NCBI GenBank assembly: GCA_016784355.1
Contig: JADHUV010000004.1
Location: forward strand, 48,201 to 112,200
Origin: Nitrospira sp.
GTDB lineage: Bacteria > Nitrospirota > Thermodesulfovibrionia > UBA6902
DNA length: 64,000 bases
Direction: 5' to 3'
Numbering within the stretch: position 1 is the stretch's first letter; every line of letters begins with the position of its first letter. This document shows positions 8,312 through 18,748 of this stretch, one piece after another. Below the pieces are notes generated by a model that did no database searches, had not been told where the DNA came from, and saw only the letters and a list, made by a program, of their open reading frames with translations. The position numbers and the translations under genes are program-made.

Positions 8312-10027
8312 TTACTTAATACATTTGCTGCTGCATTTGTATCTGTTTAATTTCCGCATCAGCGGCTTTTCCGGTTCTTTGGGAAGCATAGCACTTTGAG
8401 TACCGGGCAGTCTTACAATATGCGGCGTAATAAGCAGGACGAGTTCACTTTTCTCTTCTGATTCCTGCGTACTTGTAAATGCCGTTCCAATAACCGGAAG
8501 ATCTCCGAGAAGGGGGATTTTTCTCTCATTATTGGAGTAGGTAGTGCGGGTAAGCCCTCCCACTGCAATAGTTAAGTTATCTTTAGCAATTATAGTTCCC
8601 TGAAGCCTCGCGGTATTAATGGCATCGATTGGCAAGTTAAGAACCTTGCCTTCTGAAACCACGGGTATTATCGCTCCATTTGTTCGGACATCTGAGCTTT
8701 CCTGCTGGATATTCAGCGTAATCGTGCCATCAGCATTAATGAAGGGAATTATCTCGATAGTATTGCCTATTTCCTGTACTGACGTTTCAGGTACGATATT
8801 CTCACTATTGTCACTGATGATATTACCGTTTATGTCTACATTGGTGTTATTGCTCACACTGTTGTATCCTGTCACCAGAACGCGCTCATCTCCGACAAAA
8901 AGGCGCGCCGGACGGTTGTTCGATGCCAATATCATTGGGGACGAAAGTATGTTCACTCGGTTCTGCTGTTCCATCAGTTCCATATTGGCCCGCAGCCTGC
9001 CGTTCAGATACTCAAAGACAAAGGTGCCGGCGCCGGGCAGCGCATTATTACCGAGCAGGGCGGGAATGGTGCTTTCGGAAAAAGCCCCTCCTTCAATCTC
9101 ATAGTTAAATATTGAAGTAAAGTCATCATCTACCAGTACGTTGATGATGCGCATCTCCAGGAGTACCTGAGGAACGGGCCTGTCCAGCCCCTTTATCAGT
9201 TCTTGTATGCTTTTTAACGCAAGCTTGTCACTGGAGCGTACAATAATAAGGTTGTGCTCGAAGTTCGCGGTCAGATAAACAGGCGCTTCCTGCGCTGTAA
9301 GCGCCTGCAGCTGATCAGCTGATATCTGATTATAGCCGCCCCCGGTAGGTGTCAGCGCGGCAATCTGGTCAATGCTTAGTTCTCCCTTCACCTTCCCGGC
9401 CTGTCCGGTACTGTTTGAGTTGCTATTCGATGAATTATTCCCGGAGGAATTAAAGAAACTGTTGTTGGTTACGCTGTTAAAATCATCATTTCTTTTTTCA
9501 GCGGAAATTCCCGCGAACCCTGCACTCCCCGGACTGCCGCTGCCGCCTGACTGCCTGCGCGTCACACGGTCCCCGTAGAGGTCTTCAATTGCATTTGCAA
9601 CCAGTTCCACATTCGGGTTGCTGAGTGTGAATATTTTAGTCTCGTCGTCATGGTGTACTATCAGGTCTTTACGGTACTCTTCGGTAGTCATGATGCGATA
9701 GGTAGCGGTATCACCGTCCTGCCGGTACCAGAGATTATTAATACGGCATATAGTTTCAATGACGTGCTTAACAGAAACGTCTTTAAGGTAGATAGTCACG
9801 GTTGTTTCAGCTGCCGATGAAGTAGCAACAATATTGGCGCCGGACATTTCAGAAATAACACGTATAACGTCAATAAGACGGGCGTCTCTGTATTCCAGTT
9901 CACTGATAATCATGCCGGAGATAACATCCGGTCCAGCCGCCCCGCTCCAGGTCCCGGCAAAAGCTGAAACAGGTAGCATCGCTGCAATTAAAATAAAAAC
10001 AATATATCGCATAATATTATCTGACAA
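8312..10027 (-). CDS. gspD: Secretin (GspD/PilQ family) outer-membrane channel
   Basis: C-terminal secretin motif GGLTRTT...IPLLGDLPVIG...LLITPHIV. Signal peptide present. An internal Asn/Ser-rich low-complexity stretch is also present. Confidence 0.85.
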   Translation of the reverse strand: MSDNIMRYIVFILIAAMLPVSAFAGTWSGAAGPDVISGMIISELEYRDARLIDVIRVISEMSGANIVATSSAAETTVTIYLKDVSVKHVIETICRINNLWYRQDGDTATYRIMTTEEYRKDLIVHHDDETKIFTLSNPNVELVANAIEDLYGDRVTRRQSGGSGSPGSAGFAGISAEKRNDDFNSVTNNSFFNSSGNNSSNSNSNSTGQAGKVKGELSIDQIAALTPTGGGYNQISADQLQALTAQEAPVYLTANFEHNLIIVRSSDKLALKSIQELIKGLDRPVPQVLLEMRIINVLVDDDFTSIFNYEIEGGAFSESTIPALLGNNALPGAGTFVFEYLNGRLRANMELMEQQNRVNILSSPMILASNNRPARLFVGDERVLVTGYNSVSNNTNVDINGNIISDNSENIVPETSVQEIGNTIEIIPFINADGTITLNIQQESSDVRTNGAIIPVVSEGKVLNLPIDAINTARLQGTIIAKDNLTIAVGGLTRTTYSNNERKIPLLGDLPVIGTAFTSTQESEEKSELVLLITPHIVRLPGTQSAMLPKEPEKPLMRKLNRYKCSSKCIK

Positions 10028-10592
10028 TGATCATACCCCCCAATGTTCCAACCTCCACAACGATACTCAGTCTGTCCATTTTCTGAATTTTTATTACTTC
10101 CTCGGGGCCGGCAGGGCTGATGCTTATCTGATCTCCGGCCCGGACCATATAGACGCCGCTGCCAGCTACTTCCAACAGAGCAATCGAGTCGTCAGGCGTG
10201 TCTTTGTAGGTGATACCCCTTAGTGTAAGTTTCGGGATACGCACTGTTTCTGGAGCTGCTCTGAATAGAGGGGCACTGCCATAAGCAATAGCAGTCTCCA
10301 TTTCCGGCGTAACGGTAAAAGGGTCCCTTACCTCCCGGTTATAGGGTTTGTGAGTGTCAGTGATGGGCGCGCGGGTATCATCATTAGCGCCCTGTTTGCG
10401 CATATATTTCTCCAGTTCCCCGTAGTGGTCATTCATAGTATTCATCAGAGTAGGCAGTTTTTCCATCAATGCCCTGCCCGGGTCGCTCTCCTCGGCATAG
10501 GCATTTATATGAAACAGGGACACAATAATAATTCCTGACACTAAAAAACATGCTGCACGATATTTTCTGTAATAATTTAATCTCATTTTCAT
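10017..10592 (-). CDS. Pilus/secretion-system accessory protein, GspC/PilP-like
   Basis: Signal-anchored 191-aa protein lying between gspF and the secretin. Confidence 0.35.
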   Translation of the reverse strand: MKMRLNYYRKYRAACFLVSGIIIVSLFHINAYAEESDPGRALMEKLPTLMNTMNDHYGELEKYMRKQGANDDTRAPITDTHKPYNREVRDPFTVTPEMETAIAYGSAPLFRAAPETVRIPKLTLRGITYKDTPDDSIALLEVAGSGVYMVRAGDQISISPAGPEEVIKIQKMDRLSIVVEVGTLGGMIIVR

Positions 10593-11806
10593 CCTCCTGA
10601 AATGGCAAAAACAGCGCTAAAAAACGCGATATATACAAAACCGACCATGCCCCCTATGAGCAGGATGGCCACAGGCTCCATTAACGCCGCCAGGACTTTG
10701 CTTTTGACCTGAAGAGCATTTTCAAAATAGTTTCCGGCTTCATCCATAATCTGGTCCAGACTTCCCGAGCTTTCTCCTACAGAAGCCATTTGCTGAATCA
10801 ATGGACTAATATGGGCATGCCGGAAACTCTCTTCGAGTGTGCCGCCGCGCGATATGTTTGAGCCGGCAGAAATAATTGAATCAGAGACAACGCGGTTTCC
10901 TACAAGGTCTTTTACAATGCCGAGTGATTCTACGATTGTAAGGCCGCTTCTCAGCAGTACAGACAGTCCCCAGCAAAGTTGAGACATGCAGGAAAGGTGA
11001 ACGACATGCCCGAACACCGGTATCATAAGAATGATGCGGTCGATGGCCCGGCGCGGCCCCGGTTTTTGATAGGAATAGACAATAGCGGCACAGGTCATCA
11101 TGAAAACTATCATCAATAAAATGCCCCAGGACTGAGCAAAATCACTTACATCAATTAATGCCTGTGTCATGGGGGGTACTACATTTCCGCGCCGTTGAAT
11201 GAATTCTGCAAACTTCGGGATTACCCCGACAGCAAGAAAAATAAACAGCCCGATAGCGAACAGCAGTGTAATGGAAGGATAAAGCATGGTGACTATTGTC
11301 TGACGCTTAAGTTCAGCCTTACGTTCCATATGGCCGGCAATACGTTCGGCGATAATATCCAGTTCGCCGGATGCTTCCGCACTGCGGACCATATGACACA
11401 CAATCCCCGGAAATACAGAGGGGTGCGCGCCCAGTGCCTGCGAGAAACGGTTCCCTCTTGTGACCTGTCTAAGGATGTCTTTCACAATGCTTTTCATGCG
11501 TCCCGTCATCAGGCGTTCGATTGACCGTAAACTTTCTGCCAGTGGCATACCGGAACGCAGCAGCACGGATAACTGGCGGAAAAAGAATATTTTACGCATT
11601 ACTGTTACAGGCATGAGATCTGACAACATATTGCGCACATCATTATTCTTTTCAATTGCAGCAGGGTCATCATCTGTATTTATCGATGTTACAAAAACGT
11701 CCCTGGATTTCAGTTGTGCTCTTGCGGAGCGCATATCAGGGGCTTGAATAATACCTTTAATCTCTTCACCATTTTCTCTTAGCGCTGTGTAGCGGAAACC
11801 CGTCAT
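10589..11806 (-). CDS. gspF: Type II secretion / type IV pilus platform protein (GspF/PilC)
   Basis: 405 aa with three transmembrane segments and two repeated GspF domains. Confidence 0.85.
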   Translation of the reverse strand: MTGFRYTALRENGEEIKGIIQAPDMRSARAQLKSRDVFVTSINTDDDPAAIEKNNDVRNMLSDLMPVTVMRKIFFFRQLSVLLRSGMPLAESLRSIERLMTGRMKSIVKDILRQVTRGNRFSQALGAHPSVFPGIVCHMVRSAEASGELDIIAERIAGHMERKAELKRQTIVTMLYPSITLLFAIGLFIFLAVGVIPKFAEFIQRRGNVVPPMTQALIDVSDFAQSWGILLMIVFMMTCAAIVYSYQKPGPRRAIDRIILMIPVFGHVVHLSCMSQLCWGLSVLLRSGLTIVESLGIVKDLVGNRVVSDSIISAGSNISRGGTLEESFRHAHISPLIQQMASVGESSGSLDQIMDEAGNYFENALQVKSKVLAALMEPVAILLIGGMVGFVYIAFFSAVFAISGG

Positions 11807-13458
11807 GCAACCTCCTTGTCCGGGCTGGCGGCAGCATTACAGAGACCGAGCTTTTTCAACTCTTCCATAGAAGTAATCCCCTTTAAGACTTTATCGCGGC
11901 CGTCGTCTGCAAGCCTGAGATGGGCGGTCGCGTGTTCGGTTATCTCACTTTCACTTGCAGCTCGCTGAATCAGATGACCTGTCTTTTCATCAAGCCATAA
12001 TGTCTCATACAATGCTGTTCGTCCCTTATATCCCGTACCCATGCAATGTGCACACCCCCGCGGCCTGAAGATGATAGTTGCAGCATCCTCCTGCAGAGAC
12101 ATACCAATGTTTTCTTCTGCAGATGCTGCTATAGGCTCTTTGCACAGGGAGCAGAGACAACGTACCAGACGCTGGGCAATCACGCATAAGAGTGTAGAAC
12201 CTATGAGATAACGTTCTACTCCCAGGTCAGCTAACCGTCCTATGGCAGAAACAGCGTCATTCGTGTGAAGTGTAGAAAACACGAGGTGTCCGGTCATGGC
12301 AGACTTAACGGCAATATCCGCTGTTTCATTGTCACGTATTTCCCCGACCATGATAACGTCAGGATCATGGCGCAGGAACCCTCTGAGAGCGGATGCAAAG
12401 GATACTTTAGTGCTGATCTGCACCTGGGCTATGCCTTCCATTGCATATTCTACAGGGTCTTCTACTGTAAGAATATTAATGTCTTCACGGGCAATCTCCC
12501 TCAGTGCCGCGTAAAGGGTCGTGGACTTTCCGCTGCCTGTCGGGCCAGTAAGCAGTACCATGCCGTGGGACTTTTCTATAGCTTTCCGAAAATGGTGAAG
12601 AGTACCTTCTCCCATGCCGATATTGTCCAGTGTTAATTTTTCAGTTTCCGAACCAAGAATCCTGAGTGTGGCACGCTCTCCAAAGCGGGTAGGCATGGTT
12701 GCAGCGCGAATATCGAACTCCCTGGCGGTTTTTATGTTGAATGTAAAACTACCGTCCTGTGGATAACGCTGTTCTGAAATATCCATATGGGCCAGCACTT
12801 TCATGCGGCTGATAAGTGCCTGTCCTTCTTCTGTCCTGTATTCAAAAGGATATTGCTTCAGATGGCCGTCTATTCTCAAGCGGACCTGAAACAGGTCCTG
12901 CCGCGGCTCCAGATGGATGTCGGAAGCGCGATGCAGATATGCCTCTTTTAATATCCGATCCAGAACATCTACAGGATCAAATGCTTCACTGCCAAACTGT
13001 ATGTCTGACTGTGCAAATGGTTTACTTACGGCTTTTGACAATGCATAGCGCAGTTCCTCAGGATTGGTCAGAACAATTTCCACAGGACTGTTCAACGCGC
13101 GCTTGGCCTGTTCAATACCGGAATGGTCTTCCGGGTCAGTGATGGCAAGAAATATAACATGATCATGTTTTATCCCCTGAACAATGGGGACAATAAGCCG
13201 TTTTTGTACCAGATAGGTCGGCATTGATTTTAAAGCCTTCATGTCAATATTCAGTCCTTTCCCGGTGACATAATCCATGTTATGAAGCTCCGCATAAGCC
13301 CGGTAAATCGAAGACACCGGAACCCTGTGCATTATACTCAGTGACTCCAGAAGGTCCTGGCGCAGTCTCCTGGCCTCTTTCTTCACGATCATCATCTGCT
13401 CCGGTGTGACCAGCCCCTGCTGTATTGCCGCATTTATTAGTGATGATGTCTTGATCAT
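11803..13458 (-). CDS. gspE: Secretion/assembly ATPase of the GspE/PilB/MshE type
   Basis: N-terminal MshE/GspE-N domain, Walker A GPTGSGKST, and a tetracysteine motif CxxC...CxxC. Confidence 0.9.
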   Translation of the reverse strand: MIKTSSLINAAIQQGLVTPEQMMIVKKEARRLRQDLLESLSIMHRVPVSSIYRAYAELHNMDYVTGKGLNIDMKALKSMPTYLVQKRLIVPIVQGIKHDHVIFLAITDPEDHSGIEQAKRALNSPVEIVLTNPEELRYALSKAVSKPFAQSDIQFGSEAFDPVDVLDRILKEAYLHRASDIHLEPRQDLFQVRLRIDGHLKQYPFEYRTEEGQALISRMKVLAHMDISEQRYPQDGSFTFNIKTAREFDIRAATMPTRFGERATLRILGSETEKLTLDNIGMGEGTLHHFRKAIEKSHGMVLLTGPTGSGKSTTLYAALREIAREDINILTVEDPVEYAMEGIAQVQISTKVSFASALRGFLRHDPDVIMVGEIRDNETADIAVKSAMTGHLVFSTLHTNDAVSAIGRLADLGVERYLIGSTLLCVIAQRLVRCLCSLCKEPIAASAEENIGMSLQEDAATIIFRPRGCAHCMGTGYKGRTALYETLWLDEKTGHLIQRAASESEITEHATAHLRLADDGRDKVLKGITSMEELKKLGLCNAAASPDKEVA

Positions 13459-14573
13459 AATTGTCCCGTTCCGCTTAATCTCTGCTGCGTTTCCTGTCTC
13501 AGGCCGTAGAGAATCTCCCTAAAGTGATCAGAGTTATGCGCCAGCCTGGAGGCTGTGTCTTCTGATATCATCCTCTCTCTGACCCGTTCTGCCAGCGCAT
13601 GGTCCAGTAACTGATTGCCCCGGGCACGCCCCGACTGCATTATCGAACGTATCTGTTCAGGTTTGTGGTTGCGGATCAGATTGGCAACGGCATTGTCCAC
13701 AATTAATATCTCATTGACAGGGACACGCCCCCTGCCGTCAACGGTTTTTACAAGCATCTGCGTTACAACGGCCCGCAGCACTCTCGACAGCTGCTGGCGA
13801 ACGCCAGTCTGTTCATTACCGGGGAAGGCGCCGACAAGACGGTCTATGACACCGACAGCATCATTTGTATGCAATGTGGAGAATACCAGGTGCCCTGTTT
13901 CAGCCGCCTGCAAAGCGGCATGCATGGTAGGAACATCACGCATTTCACCAAGCAGGATAACATCCGGGTCTTCACGTAATGCCGCACGGATCGCATGTGC
14001 ATAAGATGGTACATCATTGCCGATTTCTCGCTGGTGAATCATGGCTTTTTTGTTGCAGTGCACGAATTCGACAGGGTCCTCTATCGTAATTATATGACAG
14101 TATCGTCTGTTGTTGATCTCATTGATAATGCTTGCCAATGAAGTGGATTTACCACTCCCGGTTGTCCCTGTAAACAGTATCAGCCCGTCTTTCAGTTCAG
14201 CCAGTTCATAAAGCTGTGGAGGAAGTTTAAGTGACTCTATGCTTGCCGATACATCTTCCAGTCTTCTTATGGCCAGGGCTTTTGTACCATGTTGATGATA
14301 AATATTTATACGGAACCGTATGTTCTTTACTGATGTATAACCGGTATCAATCGTACGCTGCTCTTCAAGGATCTTCTTTCTCCTGCTGTCAAGGAGCTTT
14401 TCAGTAATCCCGTTGATTACTTCATGGTCAACAGGCAGTGTTGATGTGTCAGGGCGCAATTCGCCGTTGACGCGGTATGCGGGATGGCTGCCTTCGGACA
14501 AATGGAGGTCCGATGCCCCCAGCTGGCAGCAGACCAAAAGATAATGCTCTAATATGTCAGGTCTTTCTTTCAT
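13455..14573 (-). CDS. pilT: PilT/PilU-family retraction-type ATPase
   Basis: 372 aa. ASDLHL, GTTGSGKST, TIEDPVEF and AETGHLVFSTLHTN are all present. Confidence 0.85.
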   Translation of the reverse strand: MKERPDILEHYLLVCCQLGASDLHLSEGSHPAYRVNGELRPDTSTLPVDHEVINGITEKLLDSRRKKILEEQRTIDTGYTSVKNIRFRINIYHQHGTKALAIRRLEDVSASIESLKLPPQLYELAELKDGLILFTGTTGSGKSTSLASIINEINNRRYCHIITIEDPVEFVHCNKKAMIHQREIGNDVPSYAHAIRAALREDPDVILLGEMRDVPTMHAALQAAETGHLVFSTLHTNDAVGVIDRLVGAFPGNEQTGVRQQLSRVLRAVVTQMLVKTVDGRGRVPVNEILIVDNAVANLIRNHKPEQIRSIMQSGRARGNQLLDHALAERVRERMISEDTASRLAHNSDHFREILYGLRQETQQRLSGTGQL

Positions 14574-14574
14574 G

Positions 14575-15195
14575 TTATAAACTCACTGTCAGCATTGCTT
14601 CAATGTATCTGCTGGTGCCGGACGGAGTTGCTTTAACAGCCTGTATCTGCAAACGCATAATCACGGCATTAAAGGGCAATACCGCCAGCTGTCGTATGAA
14701 TTCGTTGACACTGATAAAAGCTCCTTGCAGTTTCAGGTCAAACAGTGGACGTTCATGTACGATTTGATTCCCGGCTTTCTTTGTCCCGGTGAGACTGTCT
14801 ATACGGAGCGAAGAGCGGTTTATTTGCAGTACCTTCATATTGTTCTTTTCTGCAAGTATGGTAATTTCACCTTTAGCATTTGCAAGGGCGTCACTGCTGA
14901 GAAGGTCAATTAAACCTTTTGAAAACCCTTCAAGCAGACGGTCAGTCTCTTCAATGCCCCGGGTCAGTTCGGCAATTTCTTTTTCCATGGCCTCCATGTT
15001 CTGAGCGCCGGTGCGGATCGGTCGCAGGCTGTTGCGCTCCTTCATTGTCTCCGCCAGTATCTCATTCATGCGCTTTCCCTCCGACTGCATCGACTTGACC
15101 CTTAACGTCAGATAACCGGCAGCCAAAATAGCAATTACAAGAAACAGGAGTAATGCCCTCTCCCGGGCATTTATTTTCTTCCACCATTGTGTCAT
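14575..15195 (-). CDS. GspM/PilO-like inner-membrane assembly protein
   Basis: One N-terminal transmembrane segment and a coiled coil, in the position following the GspL-like gene. Confidence 0.5.
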   Translation of the reverse strand: MTQWWKKINARERALLLFLVIAILAAGYLTLRVKSMQSEGKRMNEILAETMKERNSLRPIRTGAQNMEAMEKEIAELTRGIEETDRLLEGFSKGLIDLLSSDALANAKGEITILAEKNNMKVLQINRSSLRIDSLTGTKKAGNQIVHERPLFDLKLQGAFISVNEFIRQLAVLPFNAVIMRLQIQAVKATPSGTSRYIEAMLTVSL

Positions 15196-16901
15196 GATTT
15201 CCGCTCCATCAGAATGAAGGAAAACTCATAACCTTCCGCATCCTTCCATCCGCGGCCTGCAGCGCTTGGACTTTCGCTTATGTACAGGTTCCACTCCGCA
15301 ATATTGCGCGACAGGGACTGGTGGAACATATCAATATGGCGCTGCTCCAATGCCCAACCCTTTATGTGAAAGAGAAACCACTCCTGCTCGTCTATACTTT
15401 CGAGCACAACACCATCCGGGATGCTTCCGGTTATTGCCTCAAGAAAACCGGTCATCACCTGCTGCCTGTGCATAAATACTCTTTCAACTGCATCTTTCCG
15501 ATGTTTCAGACTGGTATTTTTGTCTTCCATTGCATCCCGTTTAGCAACAAGTTTTTGATATTCAGCGCTTTTATTAGACATTTTTTCATTTGCGCGCGCA
15601 ATTGTCCTGACCTCACCCTGCAGCGTTTCCGTCTCTGCCATTATTTTCCCCATAGATCTACTATGAGATATTTCGTAGAAACCAATAAATACAAGCAGAC
15701 ATGCCGTTGCAATATTAAGCCAGGCCATGGGCCGCTTATGCATGGCCGGCAGAGGAGGTTCTCCTGGAAGAAAGGGCGCAAGAAGATGAGATGACATACC
15801 CAGATAATGGCGCGAGCTCCCCAACAACGCATACCATGACTCTTTTTGAGACAACAGGGTACAGTCAAATTCTCCATTCAGTGAGAGGGGAAGCACTTTT
15901 CTATTCATCCGCTGCGCAAGGGCCGTCCCTAGATATTCTTTGTTAGGGTGTGATCCGGTAATGACCATTGCCTCCATATCCGCGGTAAGAACGGGACGGC
16001 ATAGTTCTGCAAGATCCTCCTCGCTAACAGAAATATTACAGGTCCTTCTATAGGCGCTTTGTGTGATCTCACCCTGTTCAATACTGGATACAGTAATATG
16101 TCCCTGCTCTATTTCCACCAGGCATTGTGCAGCAGGGGAGAGGGGCAGAAGTGCCGCGCTGGTCAATGCTTCAGGATATATTCTTTCCAGCCGAATTTCG
16201 CTGTTTCTCAGCGCCTGAAGCCATTCCCTCCCGATAGTTTCGTGTATTGCGCAGCATAATGTAAGCCCCGGCTGACTGCCTGCGGTTGTCGTGCTGTCTG
16301 ACCAGCCGCAATTCAGAGAATCTTCCAGGAGATGGAGCCGTTCCTGAATAGCAAGGCAATCTTCCAGCTGCTCACGATCAATAAAACCTTTTTCTATTGC
16401 TATTTCTCCAAAACGGGCAGGCAGCGTACCCCCGTGTCTTCCTGCGTAGCTTTCTTGCTTATCAAGCGTATCCAGTATTTGATCACGCTGAATGGCATCT
16501 ATATGTCCACGGGCTATCATTACCCAGCCGATATTGGGAGGAAGGGCAAGATCCTGTGTAAGCTCGTCCATTTCCCACCGGACCAGTTCTTCAATCTGTC
16601 CGGGAGCAATCTTCTTCCCCTGCGGAACGGGCAGTTTCAGCAGGGCAGGAACTGCGCCGGCACATACAAGCACAGCTTCTTTCGGTAAGGAAAGCCCTGC
16701 CTGTTTAAGTTGGCTCATTACCTGTTCAAGCGCCTGCCGGGCGACTACAGACCGGGTTTCTGCTGTCCCTTCAACCCGGAGAGATTCACCTTTTTTGGTT
16801 ATTATCATTGCCTTCAGGCCGAAGCCGTTTGCTTCAAGCGCCAATAACCGTTTTTTTTTTCTTTTTGTTAGCAGAGAGACGTGTTTAAGTATATTTTTCA
16901 T
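15192..16901 (-). CDS. gspL: GspL-like protein, a PilM-type cytoplasmic domain fused to a PilN-type TM/periplasmic domain
   Basis: 569 aa with a central transmembrane segment and a coiled coil after it. Codons 14-17 contain an A10 tract. Confidence 0.6.
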   Translation of the reverse strand: MKNILKHVSLLTKRKKKRLLALEANGFGLKAMIITKKGESLRVEGTAETRSVVARQALEQVMSQLKQAGLSLPKEAVLVCAGAVPALLKLPVPQGKKIAPGQIEELVRWEMDELTQDLALPPNIGWVMIARGHIDAIQRDQILDTLDKQESYAGRHGGTLPARFGEIAIEKGFIDREQLEDCLAIQERLHLLEDSLNCGWSDSTTTAGSQPGLTLCCAIHETIGREWLQALRNSEIRLERIYPEALTSAALLPLSPAAQCLVEIEQGHITVSSIEQGEITQSAYRRTCNISVSEEDLAELCRPVLTADMEAMVITGSHPNKEYLGTALAQRMNRKVLPLSLNGEFDCTLLSQKESWYALLGSSRHYLGMSSHLLAPFLPGEPPLPAMHKRPMAWLNIATACLLVFIGFYEISHSRSMGKIMAETETLQGEVRTIARANEKMSNKSAEYQKLVAKRDAMEDKNTSLKHRKDAVERVFMHRQQVMTGFLEAITGSIPDGVVLESIDEQEWFLFHIKGWALEQRHIDMFHQSLSRNIAEWNLYISESPSAAGRGWKDAEGYEFSFILMERKS

Positions 16902-17947
16902 TAATCTATCTCCAGTACTAGTGACGGCGGCGACATTCCGGGAAATATATTGAATTTTAAATATATATTTTTTCCTGTAGCGTCATAAACAACGTTTCCA
17001 TCCGTAGGCGTAACTCCAATTACTTTATCATTGTCAATCAAAACAAGAAGATAGGTGCCAAAAGGAATACGCTCACCTGCTGGAATGGTAATCTCAGCTG
17101 AATCAGTTACCTTATGCGTCATAAGGATATTACTTTTAGGCCCCACAGCGATGGGTTTCTGGTCAGCACTGCGATAGGTAACAGGCCATTCAGATTGCCC
17201 CCCGCTCGTAGTATTTTTATATACAAAAAGTGCAATAAAGTAGCCATTAGTATTAGTGATAATGGATGAGCCTTTATTGTTAAGTGTAATATTGATCTGA
17301 TTTACACCGATACTCCAATCATCGGGATATATATCTGCCGAGCGGTCGGGAAAAGTAGGAGTTATAGTTGATGCTGGTTGCAGGGAGATCTGATATTCGA
17401 TGGCCCCTGCCGGATCAGTAACAGTAAAATATCCTCCCCATGCGTCACGCAGTTCAGGAGTTGAGTCAAGTAGCGTCACAAGAGAAAGTGGGCGGCGGAA
17501 GCCCTTAAACATTGTCAGTTCTTTACTGTTCCCGCCGGCAACAGCCACTTTAACTGATTTATAAACGGTCGCTTCTGCGTAACGATAGTAAGGCTCTTTT
17601 TCGCCGTAGGGCTGCTGTACAGTGGTGCCATCAACTGCCCTATGCAGGGGCCAAAGAGGATATGGTGAAGATATCTCAGGCAATTTCCCATTATCAGCGA
17701 CATATCCTGAAAGGAGCGGTTGTTCTCCATCATATGTTATACGTATAACTGATTTATATATTTGATAAAGTTTCTGTACCGAAGCATCATAACGCTGCTG
17801 GTTGTCATTATTTTCAACAAAAACCATGGAAATGCTCGCCAGCACACCGAGAAGGAAAAGGACCAGCACCATTTCCAGCAGAGTAAATCCCCTCATTCCA
17901 CTAATATTATTTATACCGTTTGTCATGTTAGTTCCTAGAATATACAA
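16901..17947 (-). CDS. Large pseudopilin/minor pilin with a prepilin N-terminus
   Basis: GFTLLEMVLVLFLLGVL class-III signal, and cleavage motif G/FTLLE. Confidence 0.75.
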   Translation of the reverse strand: MYILGTNMTNGINNISGMRGFTLLEMVLVLFLLGVLASISMVFVENNDNQQRYDASVQKLYQIYKSVIRITYDGEQPLLSGYVADNGKLPEISSPYPLWPLHRAVDGTTVQQPYGEKEPYYRYAEATVYKSVKVAVAGGNSKELTMFKGFRRPLSLVTLLDSTPELRDAWGGYFTVTDPAGAIEYQISLQPASTITPTFPDRSADIYPDDWSIGVNQINITLNNKGSSIITNTNGYFIALFVYKNTTSGGQSEWPVTYRSADQKPIAVGPKSNILMTHKVTDSAEITIPAGERIPFGTYLLVLIDNDKVIGVTPTDGNVVYDATGKNIYLKFNIFPGMSPPSLVLEID

Positions 17948-18666
17948 AGCACAAGATCATCATTAGTGCCGGTTACAGTATATTTATTGCTGCATGCAGT
18001 TATGACTCCACTCTGGTAAATCCCGTCTTCACCCATGCTTACGATACGCGCCAGGCTGGTGTTGTTGAGATCAAAAAACAGATAGGGTCTGCCGTAACGG
18101 CTGATTGGCTGATCAGTACTTGCCTGTCCAACGAGACGCCAGTCAAACAAGCATGCGCTATTAGCAGCCACTTCTGAACAGGGAGTATCCAGGTTTGGCC
18201 TGATTTCCCCATTATTAACGGGTGCATAGGCAAAGGGATCTGGAATTGCCCGCTGCAATGTAACGGCTGTCGTGTCAATTACATAAGGAAGTCCGCTGCC
18301 GTCAAGCTTGAGATTGTCTCCTATATCTACCCGCCCGCTGTCCCCTCCGCTTAAATATGGGCCCCGCCATCCGGTTTTATAATCAACTCTCCAACTGACA
18401 AGCGTTCCCTGCTCAAAGAGAAATGAGATATCAGCTGCCGAATTCTGAACTGGAAATATTTGATTGTCCTGACGGAAACGGAGAAGGGTTTGCCGTATCT
18501 GCTCCATCTCAAAGCGCGCCGCTTCTATTTTAGCGGTATCTCCGATTCTGGAGGCAGGCGACCAGATAATCGCCCCTGCTATTACCGCCAGTATGGCGAC
18601 TACGACAACCAGTTCGAGTAATGTAAATCCCGACTGATTAATATTTTTAGTTATAGAATGTACCAT
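17935..18666 (-). CDS. Pseudopilin/minor pilin
   Basis: N-terminal hydrophobic pilin helix with motif GFTLLELVVVVAILAV. Confidence 0.75.
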   Translation of the reverse strand: MVHSITKNINQSGFTLLELVVVVAILAVIAGAIIWSPASRIGDTAKIEAARFEMEQIRQTLLRFRQDNQIFPVQNSAADISFLFEQGTLVSWRVDYKTGWRGPYLSGGDSGRVDIGDNLKLDGSGLPYVIDTTAVTLQRAIPDPFAYAPVNNGEIRPNLDTPCSEVAANSACLFDWRLVGQASTDQPISRYGRPYLFFDLNNTSLARIVSMGEDGIYQSGVITACSNKYTVTGTNDDLVLCIF

Positions 18667-18748
18667 TTAATTATGGACCGCAGGATTCATAAGGTAAGAC
18701 ACGGGGCAGCATTAATGCTGCCCCTGTATCTTTTATCAGATAAATACC

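Noticed and set aside
8619-9104. Several plus-strand ORFs (8619..9104, 12265..12636, 13615..14004, 15321..15794) inside the pilus/secretion cluster
   Set aside because: They are antisense to well-supported minus-strand genes with clear motifs. They are shadow ORFs.
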